Below are positions 27,001 to 39,000 of a stretch of DNA of 64,000 bases, in pieces; within the stretch, counting starts at the first letter, position 1, and each line of letters begins with the position of its first letter. Both the position numbers and the translations under genes were made by a program. The DNA is from Malacoraja senta (taxonomy: Eukaryota). Location: the NCBI GenBank assembly GCA_038087875.1, contig CM075977.1, positions 118,296,001 to 118,360,000 of the forward strand. The letters run 5' to 3'. The notes beneath the pieces are model-generated. The model was not told where the DNA came from. It did no database searches and saw only the letters and a program-made list of their open reading frames with translations.

Positions 27001-30000
27001 TTGAATTTGGTATTTATTTTCAACACATAACAAATTTGTATTTTGGTATTGTTGTTAACTGTTAATCAGCACCAGTGTGTATGGTTTCACTCAGTTCATT
27101 AAGTAACTAATTATTTGCAAACACTAAGTACAGCTTCTTCCTTGCTGTTATCAGATTACTGAACAATCCTCTCTTTAACTTGGGGTATAGTTCTGATCTT
27201 TCAACCTACCTCATTGTGGACCTTGCACTTTTTATTTGCACTTTCTCTGTAACACAAACACTACAACCTTAAATTCCGCACTCTGGCACTTTTTTCTCTA
27301 CAGTACTTATTGTACTTGTGCATGGCTTGATCGTATTTGTGTATAGTATTATTTGACTGGATCTGTTCTTCTTGCGTATGGTGATTTGACTGGATAAAAC
27401 GCAAACAAAGCTTTTCATGGTATCATGGTACATGTGACAATGATAAACCAAAGGTAGACATAAAATGCTGGAGTAACTCAGCGGGACAGGCAGTATCTCT
27501 GGAGAGAAGGAATAGGTGAGGTTTTGGGTCGAGACCCTTCTTCAGATAAACAAATACTGATTAATGCAATTAAAAGTATAACTTAATCAGTTTTTTAAAA
27601 TAATCAAATCTGTCAAATTGTCTTGCTCATTGGTTGTATTGTAATTGATAGTCATGTTACTCATGTGGTTGTACATTACTTATTGGATTGACCTACCTAT
27701 CCTCAAAAAGATAGTTTATTCTCACTGCAGCAAACATAACAGTAATCTTGCAGCTGGGATCTGAAATGGCATAGTTTGTTCAATATTCATGACACTACAG
27801 CTACCACAATCTTGATACAAGAATTGGAGCAGGATAAGGGCTCCTCAAACTTCCTCTGTAATACATGGTTAATCTTCTACTTAACACCATTTCCCTGCCA
27901 TTCCTCATATCCATCTGTTTCAAATGCAATTAATAACTGAGCTTATGCAATCCTCTGGGGTAGATAATGTGAAATATTCACTACTCCAAGTAAAGACATT
28001 TCCGTTCACTTCAGTCATAAATATCCAACTTCCTACTCTGACCATCATTTAATAACTTACAAAGGACACAAAAGACATTTATTATCACATACACCAATTG
28101 GTGTAGTGAAATTTGACTTGCCATGCAGCACACAAATAAATAAAGATAAGACTCAACATTAAAGAATTTAACAATAAACATAAAAACATTCCCGCACAAT
28201 GGTTCCCACTGTGAGGGAAGGCACAAAGTCCAGTCCCCATCCCCTTGTCCACCCATAATCGGGCCTATTGACCCGATGTTTCAGGCCCTCTCGCCGGGTG
28301 ATGGTGCTCCGGCGTCGGGAGAACCCTCTCAGCGGCTTGGGACACCTGGAACGGCCGCTTCCTTACTGGAGACCGTGGCTTCCGAAGCCAACAGGCCGCG
28401 CTGGATGGAGCTCCACCACTGGTGATCTCGGCGAGAGATCCCAGGCTCCCGATGTTAAAGTCAGCGCCGCCGCCCGTGGCTGGCCGCTCCACAGTCCTGC
28501 AGCTCCGCGATGTTCACCTGTGCTCTCAGCATTCTGGAGTTCCAGCGCGGCGACCCGGGCAAGGCATCGCCCGCTCCGCTCCGCGATAGCGCTCCAGCGC
28601 TGCGCCGCTGCCGAAGCCGTGGCACCCCTCAGGAAATGCTGCTCCAGACCCGTTGGTAGGCCGCGAGGACGGGTCGAAGATGCTGCTAAGAGAAAAGCCG
28701 CCTCTCCGACCGGGTAGGGACCAGGAAGAGCAGTTTCCCCCTTCCTCCCCCCCCCCCTTTTATTAAAAAAGAATAGACCTCCAAACAAAACCCTTTTTAA
28801 CACACTAAAAATAAAAGAAAGAAGTGAAAAGACAGACAGCTGCAGGCTGGGCAGCCATACCCAACTGGATGGCGCCCCCTAACTTGTAACTTTCCTTCAC
28901 AGTTCTAAGGAAGTATCTCAGACAAAAACTCCAATTGTCCCTCTTTCCATGAATTCGATTGAACCAACTGAGTTTTTGCAACATTTTCTGTTATTAGTTA
29001 TAGTTATTAAAAAAACTGATTGTGTTTGTTTCCAGAGGAATTGAATTAAAAATCAAAGAGGTTATGTTAAACCTATACATATCCTTAATTTCACCACACG
29101 TGGATTGCATGTTTCCTGTGTCATGGCTCACTAGGTAGCTTTAAAATATCCATATTAGGCTTGGGATTAAGGTCTTGGAGCACTTTTTTTTTAAAGGAGG
29201 AATGTTCTCCACAGTATTAGACTAATACCTATCTTCCAATTAACATTAGCACATGGTGATGTGGTTGCACTCACATTGCTGTTTGTTGGAATGTTGGGGT
29301 CTGCACATCAACAGCCATGTTGATGCACAACTGCATTGCAGCTGTTACACTTCAGAAATTAGTTAAATGGTTGTAACTTTGGAATATTCTAAAATCGTTA
29401 TAAAATATGCTGTACATATGCAATAATTATAATGCAAGTAATTTCTGGGAGCAACCCCATCCCCCCCCCCCCCCTTTATTTCCCAAATTATATCCATCTG
29501 TCTTGGAATTCTATGTAAATCTTTCAATCAGTCTTCTGTGCCTGCCACAGTACTAAAACCACAATACACTGATACAATATCAGATCCTGACAAAAATATT
29601 GTGAATATTGTACTTATTTTAAGAAGAGCTCCAAGAATAAGTCAGGAATAGGTCAGTGATCCTAACATCAGTGGTGGTAAAGTTACTGGAGAGCATTCTG
29701 AGAGATGGGATCTATCTGCAATTGGAAAAACAAGGACTGATTAGGGATAGTCAGCATAGATTTGTGCATGGGAAAACATGTCTCACAAATTACATTGAAT
29801 TTCTTGAAGAGGTGATGAAGAGAATTGACGAGGGAAGAACCATAGATGTCTTGGTTGAGGAGGATTTAGAGATCTGGGACCAGTGAGTGATGTGCAGCAG
29901 AAATTGGTGCTGAATTCACTTCGATAAAAATATAGAAAATAGTCACAGGAGTCGGCCCTTCGAGCCAGCACCACCATTCAATATAATCATGGCTGATGGT

Positions 30001-33000
30001 CCAAAATCAGTACCCTGCTCCTGCTTTCTCCCCATATCCCTTGATTCCGTTAGCCTTATGACCTATATCTAACTGATGACCTGACTGTTGCCTTTCTTCC
30101 TGCATAAGGGCAGTGACAGAAGAGTGCAGCTCCAGTGGTAAGGATTGCACAGAGTGGGACAGGAAAGCAGACAAATTATTCTTTAATTTGCTCAGTGTCG
30201 GTAGACTTGGTGATGTTCAAGGACTTAATTACGGACCAGAATGAAAACACCATGTTTGTTATTGACCATAAATAAACGTGTGAAGAGATGTGTTTTAATC
30301 ACCTCCCACCTCCCTCTGCCCCAAGATCATCTGAAGGTTCCTTAATTATAAGCCTTGGATGAACCAGAAGGTCCACAATCTGTTGCTGCCCAGATCTTGC
30401 GTATTAAAGTTCCACAATACAGGGTCCTACAAGAAGTCCAGATTCAAGGTTGACAATGCCATGATTTTTTCCAAGTGTAGGTGGATGGCAGGAGTTTAGT
30501 TTACTATTGTCACATGTACTGAGGTGCAATGAAAAACTTTTTGTTGCATGCTATCCAGTCAATGAAAAGACTACACATGATTATAATCAAACCTCCAACA
30601 GTGCACATACAGGATAAAGGGTATAGTTCAAGATAAAGTCCATTAAAAATAGTTCAAAGGTCTTCAATGAGGTAGTTGGGAGGTCAGAACAGTACTCTAG
30701 CTGGTGAGATTGAAGACTTTAATTTGTTAGTATTTTACAGAAATACATTACACAAATTCGGTTTGGTTTATTATTGTCATGTGTACTGAGGAACAGTGAA
30801 AAGCTTATTTGTTGCTTGCTATCCGGTCAGCAAAAGGACTATACATGATTACAACCAAGTTATCCACAGATTACAGATACAGGATAAAGGGTATAATGTT
30901 TAATGCAAGATTAAGTCCGATTAAAGATAATTTGAAGGTCTCCAGTGAGGTAGATGGTAGGTCAGGACTGCTCTCTTGCTGTTGAGATTGAAGACTTCAA
31001 TTTATTATTAGTATTTTACAGTAGCTCTTGCCTGATGGGGAGGGGAGAAGAGGAAGTGACCAGGGAGAGACTTGTCCTTGATTTTGCTGATGGCCTTGCC
31101 AAGGCAGCGTGAAGTGTAGATGGAGTCTTTGGAAGGGAGGTTGGTTTGCTTAATGGCATGTGAGTGAGAGTAAAGAGCAGGGAAATAGTTGTGGGAATGA
31201 TGAAGGTGGTCCGAGAGCTGGTATAGATTCAAAAGGACAAATATCATAAGGAAAATTGTGAAATTTGATAAATGTGCCACTATGCAATTTAAAAATATTA
31301 ATGTATTGTGTAGACTAATGTGTTTTATTTTATTATCCTTTAGTGCAGGGAAAATCTCAATAAAGGAGGTGCTGTACTTGATCAGCTATTTAAAGAATGA
31401 AACCAGCACTGCACCAATAGTCGAAACGTTGCTACAGCTCAATGATATCTACATGCTTGTTGAGAAGAGGGGGGATCTGTCCGTTTCCAATCTGATGAAG
31501 GTGCCTGATATTTTTAACTTAATTATCTTTTTAACTTGTCATGTATCTGGATACCATTATTCAATCTGTTTGTTGAATTAAATATGCTACTGTTGAATTA
31601 AATATTCTACTTAACACAAAGCTCCAGCAAACATAGTGGATATTTGCCCAAAACTCTTGTTAATGCTGCACTTTTGAGAGGAATTGCTTCATGTTGGTTG
31701 TACTTCAAAAATTCAATAATGTAATATATCAACATTTCCGCATTCAATGTGTGCATGATGACATATTTCATAGCACAATGGTCATTCAGAGCATTGCTAG
31801 AAGATGGATCAATCTGGTTTGAAGCATGCCTACTGGATTTTATCAGCATTGAATGTTCTGCAAGTATGAGTTTTAAAAGGCATCTGCTTGGGCATATACA
31901 CAACTGGCAATGGGAATCCAATTTGGAGGCGGTCCCCTTTAAGTTATTTACATATTGGCTTCCTTGGGGCATGACCCCCACCGTGGGAGCAATCCCACCA
32001 AACTCTACCCAAGCTTTGCTTAACATAGAAACATAGGTACAGGAGTAGGCCATTCGGCCCTTCGAGCCTGCACCGCCATTCAATATGATTATGGCTGATC
32101 ATCCAACTCGGTATCCTGTACCTGCCTTCTCTCCATACCCCCTGATCCCTTTGGCTACAAGGGCCACATCTAACTCCCTCTTAAATGTAGCCAATGAACT
32201 GGCCTCAACTACTTTCTGTGGCAGAGAATTCCACCAACGGGTCCTTTGGCCACCTTTTCCACGCCAACCAAGTTTGCATTTTGGGTAAGTCCCATTTGAC
32301 CCATAGCTGTCCAAATCCTTCCTACCCATGCATATGTCCAAATGTCTTTTACAGGTTATAATTTTATTCACTTCTACGGCTTTCTCTCGCAACTCATTCG
32401 AGATACAGAAAAAGTTGCCCCAAGGTTCCTCTCAATAACTACTCAATAACCAAAAATCTGTAGCCTCCTTTTGCTCTGATATTTTATTTAATTCTCATGT
32501 TTAATCGATAATGTTTTATTATTAATGTTTTATGTGTCATTCCTAACTGTCACTGTATGTCATGTCACTTGCGGGCGGAGCACCAAGGCCAATTCCTTGT
32601 ATGTGAATACTTGGCCAATAAACTTATTCATTCATTCGTGAATCTCTCTCCTCTCACCTTAATGGGCCTGTCCCACTTAGGCAACATTTTAGGCGACTGC
32701 AGGAGACACATGGTCGCCACATGTTCGTGGGTAGTTGCCGGGGAGTCGCCTTCATGGTCGTGAGGATTTCCCGCATTCTGGGAACTAGTCGCGGCCTCAT
32801 TACATGTTGAAAAATTAGCGACGACTAGAATGAAGCCGCAATGGAGAGTAGCGAGAATTCACGAGCCGTAGGTGGGTTGACAGGAGGTCCTAATGGGTTG
32901 CCAGGAGGTCGAAGGTTCTCGTAGGTTGTAGCCGGTGCCGACCGGTGAATTTCATTGGCTCGTTGGGGGGAAAAAAGGTAAGCAGTAGTTTTCAGAACCA

Positions 33001-36000
33001 AGGATAACCGACCGGTAATGTTAATGTCCGCCGAGCTTCACAGCCGTGCTTCTCTGGCTTCTTAAAAGTTGTCTCCACTCCTTCTCCCTCCCCCCCCCCC
33101 TCTCCCCCCCTCCCCCCCCTCTTTTAAAGGACTTACCGTACACTGTGCTTTAGCTGTCTTAATTACAGTGCCAACCTTCCTGTTCATCGTGGTGTGTGTC
33201 TATATCACCTTGGCTTTGCACCATGTGAATTTTTTAGACAGAGCAAGCGGGGGGAGCGCTGTCTAAAAAATTCACACAGGGTGGTGAAGGAAGTGATGTG
33301 TTTGTGTGTGTGTTCCACTCTGACAGTCGCTGTTCCAGTTGCCGGTTTTTCAGGCGACTGCTGAAAAATCGCCTAAGTGGGACAGGCCCATAAGCCTATG
33401 CTCTCAAGTTTTAGAATACTCTAGCCTACGAAAGAGACTGAGTATTCTCTTGATCCATATCCATCATGATCTTGTACATTTAAATAAATTGTCCCCCCGG
33501 TTGCAATCTTCCCCCTATAACTCAAGCCCTTAAGCTTAGGCAACATCCTGATGAATCTCTTCCACTCCATTTCCCACATATTGGCATCCTTCCTGTCGCT
33601 GGGCGACCAGAACACCACATAGTACTTCAAGTGTGATCTCATCAATGACTTGTACATCTGCATTACGATGTGCTAATTGTAGTGTTGCAGCTTTTGCATT
33701 ATGTTCAGCAACAGATTAGAAATGATTCTGAAATTGTCATTTATATGGTGGATTCCCTTTTATGCACTGAATCCAAACTTTGTGTTTGTGTTACAGAAAT
33801 ATATTTTTAACGTTTTCGGAGACTTGATTGACCAACAAACCTGGAGTAATAATGGATCAGACTCTGAGAGATATCTGCGTGCCAAACTTCTTGCTACAGC
33901 ATGCAATTTGAATAATGCTAAATGTGTGCAGAAAGCAAATATTATGTTTACCAAGTGGATGAATACTACAGATTTAAGTGTGTAAGTAGATGAGTGAGCT
34001 CAAGGCCTATTGGATCTAATTTGTATCTCCAGTAATTCCTTTTGATTATACTTGGAGAATATTTTTAATACAAAAAAAAGAATTAAATATTATATTCCAT
34101 ATGTTTGTTTTAAGATGATTCTACTGATTATTAAAAACAAAACCTCTGAGATAATCTAAATTTATTTGTTTTATTATTAGTGTGCATAGGATTTTGGTAT
34201 TGCAAGAATGACCAACATATATTGCCTTTTGCTAATTGTCATTGAGAATGTGGTGATAAGTTCCTGTCTTGAACAGTTGCAGCCTTGACAGTGAAAATAT
34301 TTGGATAGTATAATTCACACTCTAATATCTTTGTTTAGGTAACAGCCTGATCTCATTATTTTGATGCTTTCATTGACATTTTTTGTGGAATAAATAGAAA
34401 GTGTATTCTATAAGTGTATAATTAGTGCAAAATATTTGTGCCTCATTTCTTTCTAAAATATCTCTATTTCACTTGCCTTTCCAGTACAGGTACAGTACAT
34501 GTTCTTTCTCCGAAGTCCTTTCTAAAGCATCTGTCTCAGTTTAGCTTTTTTATTGCAGGTTACCGTCTGATCTAACTGTGACAATCCTCACTGTTGGAGC
34601 ACGCACCGTTGAGGGCTGGACATTCATAAGCCAGATGTACAATCAATTGCAATCAGAGTCGGACAAAAACAAAATGCTTACAGCCATGGCAAAAACCAAC
34701 AATGTTCAGCATCTAATCTGGTTTGTGGAACATTAACTTTCATGCTGCCTAATAGTTTATTGAAATAAGACTGTGTTCATAATCAAAGTGGTAATGGTGC
34801 ATTAATTTCCATTTTTCTATTCTGTTTCTTTAGAAATGCTCACCATCTATGTTTCAACTCTTACAAAAGATTTGTACCTGTTAAATTACTGTATCTTATC
34901 GCCAAATGCATGATGGATTATATTATTCCTAATTACGTTATTACATAACCCAACAAAGTAGATCCAGAGGAGAAACTTTACATGAATTGTTTTAATGGTT
35001 TTAACAGCCTATGTATCTCTGGACCAATCCTCACAAATTTTAAGAATTGATTATTTTGTATTTCTTTGCAGATATTGAACGGATTATCTTTGCTTGATTT
35101 CTTAGGTTGATGTACAACGGCTTGAATCATAACAAAATAAGGACACAGGAACTGCCCTTTATTCTTGCTACTTCCAGCAAGAGCCGAATTGGATATCTAT
35201 TTGCTTGGGATTTTGTTAAAGAAAATTGGGATGATCTGATTAAAAAGTAGGTTCTTAACGCTGATATTCTATTTTGTTACAGGTTAATATATATATTTTG
35301 GCCCATAATAAAATTGACAGCAAATCTAATTCATGACACAGTCAGGTGAACCATTTGTGAAAATATTTCTATTACTTTTGCTTATATTTTAGCACTGAAA
35401 TTTTATAAATTAGTTTATATATTCTGTATTCTAATTAATTAAAAATATAATTACATTTCTGTGTACAATGTGTTGCCATTTTAATATTCTAGCTTGTGCA
35501 ACTTTCCCTTTATGCCATGGCATTGTTTTTAATCCTCCGTTATTAATTCCTTACTTAATTGTGAAGTTTGTTCAACATGGTTACTGAATTAATTCTAAAG
35601 AGACATGCATATTCCTACCACCACTGTTAATGCGTTCAATTCGAAGGCTGGTGGGTTGAAAGATAAGTAATAGGGGAAGTCTGTCCATGAAATAGTGAGA
35701 ACGGACATGAGAAATGCAGGTGAGAGCTCCATTCACTGCAGCAGAGAGGAATGAACGGTTTCAGGAAGGAGGGGGGACATTTCAGAGGCACTGCCTTATC
35801 AATGCGACAAATGTGATGAAACAAACTGGGGAAATGGGAGGTAGGATGAAAGGATGTATTAGCTTAGATGACAATGGGAGTCTGTGGTCTTGTAAAAGAT
35901 GTAAGATACCAGTGTAGCAGAGAATTTATTTATCGTTCAAGAGATTACTCCCTCTAGCCGCTAAGTGGACTGCATGGTTAAGGGGGATGTCTTTATACAC

Positions 36001-39000
36001 ATGCGAGCTCACTGTCAGAGACCTTCAGAGCTTCTTCACAGACAAATCTTCCAAAACAGTCTTTTGATTGATAAATTCTTTATTGTTGATGAAAAACAAT
36101 AAGGTACATCCAAACTTCTTCTGACTCGTACACTATAATCTTCATCGAACTCAAGCTTATCACTTTAAATGTTAGAAAACTCCTCGTGTCTCCATTACAC
36201 TTCGCATGGTCAAAGGGTAAACCTTCCCCATGCTGGTCCGAAACTAAACTAAAAACTAAGCTTCTGTGCCAGAAACTTAACTCCAAACACGCCCTAAAAT
36301 ACATCATAAATCCCACCCACAATATAACGGGCAGTCTAAAATTTAAAGACACATGTCATCATCAATGACATGCAAAACAGGCCAAATGGCCACTACATAC
36401 TGGCCCCTAATTATTCCGAGTATATAACGAGGCAATTATTAATAAACATTAAAAAAGTAGCCATGAAGGCTTAACATATATCAAAAGCAAAAAGCCGGGA
36501 AATTGAACCTCGGTCTCCACGTGACAGGCGGGGATACTAACCACTATACTAACGAGGAATAAAATAGCATGCACTATATATCCGCAATCAGAATTCTTCA
36601 TCGACTCTTCCATCTTCACTTTCGCCTTCTAGAAGCAAGCAGAACTTGTTTATTAATCTTATTAAAACACTGGTTTTAGTTTTAAGTCGTACCGTGTGCA
36701 CCAAACCCTTAAAATCAGGCATGATACCCAATATATAGTCCAAAACATAACAGTCCAAAGCTTTGATAGCATGAAAAGTCTTCCTCCATGTCCGCTCAAC
36801 TCATGGATGTGTTGTAACAGCAATGTTGAAGTGTGAAAATCCTTCACAAGAATAACAGGATTTTTAGCAATAAAGTTCACCATTAGGTTTGATTGAATTT
36901 CCGGATCATTAACAGCGATTTCAAATCCCAGCTCAAGCTTTGGCCATTCTCTGTCTGGCTGACAGAGATTTTAGTTCATAGAAACATAGAAAATAGGTGC
37001 AGGAGTAGGCCATTCGGCCCTTCGAGCCTGCACCGCCATTCAATATGATCATGGCTGATCATCCAACTCAGTATCCCGTACCTGCCTTCTCTCCATATCC
37101 CCTGATCCCCTTAGCCACAAGGGCCACATCTAACTCCTTCTTAAATATAGCCAATGAACTGGCCTCAACTACCTTCTGTGGCAGAGAATTCCAGAGATTC
37201 ACCACTCTCTGTGTGAAAAATGTTTTTCTCATCTCGGTCCTAAAAGACTCCCCCCCCCCCCCCCCCCCCCCCCGCTATCCTTAAACTGTGACCCCTAGTT
37301 CTGGACCTCCCCAACATCGGGAACAATCTTCCTGCATCTAGCCTGTCCAACCCCTTAAGAATTTTGTAAGTTTCTATAAGATCCCCCCTCAATCTTCTAA
37401 ATTCTAGCGAGTACAAGCCGAGAAACGGTTCGCTGTCAGTTCTCTGGAAACTTCATCCGCAGGATTTTCTTTTGTGTTAACATATTTCAGTTGTACAACA
37501 TTAGTAACTCCCAATGCTCTTTCCACTGGCAGATTGTCTCTGTCCAAATCCAACTCTGGTTTCTTTGGCTCTATCATCTAGTGGAATGCTTTCACAATAG
37601 TCGCTGATCCACTTGGAGAGTGTGAATCCTCCCTTATTGCAAAGAGAAGTCAGATGTTCTACTGGTAGAATTGCTTCCTGCTCAGTAGACATGGATCTTA
37701 AGCAATCATCCTTGTAGAAATTATTCTTCAAAGAGATTCTTACTTCATGAAATTTAGTATTCTCGCCAAACTTACGTTTCAAATTCTGGTTGCTCTGCTC
37801 AGCCTTATGACGATTATTAGGCAGACTAACACTTTCTTGTTTGAAAGGTAAGTCCACACAATAGTGTCCGTCAATCTTTACTGAGTAGTTCATAATATCC
37901 ATGAACTTCAACTCTTCATTCGACATCTCTTCAGATTCCTTGCTGGTACTTTCATTCAAGTCATGATGATATTGCTTCATCACTGGCTTTTCAAATTTAT
38001 CAATAGATATTTGATTATAAGCAATGGCAGGATAGTTCCTCTGATTCCTGTTTTCATTATTCCTTTTCAAGGAGCCATAGATAACCCATCCAAGTCGGGT
38101 TTTTGTAGCATATGGTCCATCACCTTGGCTTCTCACAATCTGTATAGGTTCTAATGCCTTTAAAACATTCGTTCCGATAAGTAGATCAACACTAGAATTC
38201 ATTTCAGATAGCTTGACATCCTTCAGGTAAGGCCATTGTTTCAAGTCTTCATATCTGGGTATATTTTGATGACCAACAGGCATGGTTCCATGTGTAAACA
38301 CTTCAGATATTGGTATAAAATTATCTTTATCCAAACTGGATATCTCCATACTCATAATGTAATGACCTGCTCTCTATCTTTAGTCATGGTACGTAATCGA
38401 ATTTTATTCTCTTCTGTGATGTTCAGCCTTCTCATTAGGTTTTCTGTGCAAAAGGTAGTCGAACTTCCGTGATCCAAAAAGGCATATGTTCGCAACACTG
38501 TATTCGTCTTACTATTCCTTACCTGTACTGGTTAGATAGAAAAAATACAAGCTTCAACACCCGGCCCCAATATGAGCAGTTACTTGAGGCGAGGTGATAG
38601 CATCTCTAGTAGTCGGCTTCTTCTTCTGTTCCGTTTGCTCCGGTTCATCTTCTTCTATTTGCTCTGATAGCTCTTCATCTATTTGTTCCAGTTCTTCCTC
38701 TTCCAAATGCTCTGGTATCTCTTCTTCAATGTGAAGTGCTTCAGGATGATATTGCCTGCACTTATAACAAATTATAGGACTCTTACAGTCTCTCACCATA
38801 TGTCCTTTTTTTCAAACATCCAAAACAGATTCCCTTCTCTTTCAAGAAATCCATCTTGTCTTCATATTCTTTCATCTTGAATCTTCGACACCATCTTATG
38901 GTGTGACCAACTTCATCACATAACAAACAGAATACTATTTGCTTGCTAGTAGATACATTTCCTTTCATTCTATCTGTCATTTCCACAGGTCTGGTTGTGA

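Noticed and set aside
36494-36558. Functional tRNA-Asp gene
   Set aside because: The 3' acceptor strand is missing, the anticodon stem has a deletion and the T stem has a mismatch. It cannot be a normal translating tRNA, so it is kept as a tRNA-like cassette.
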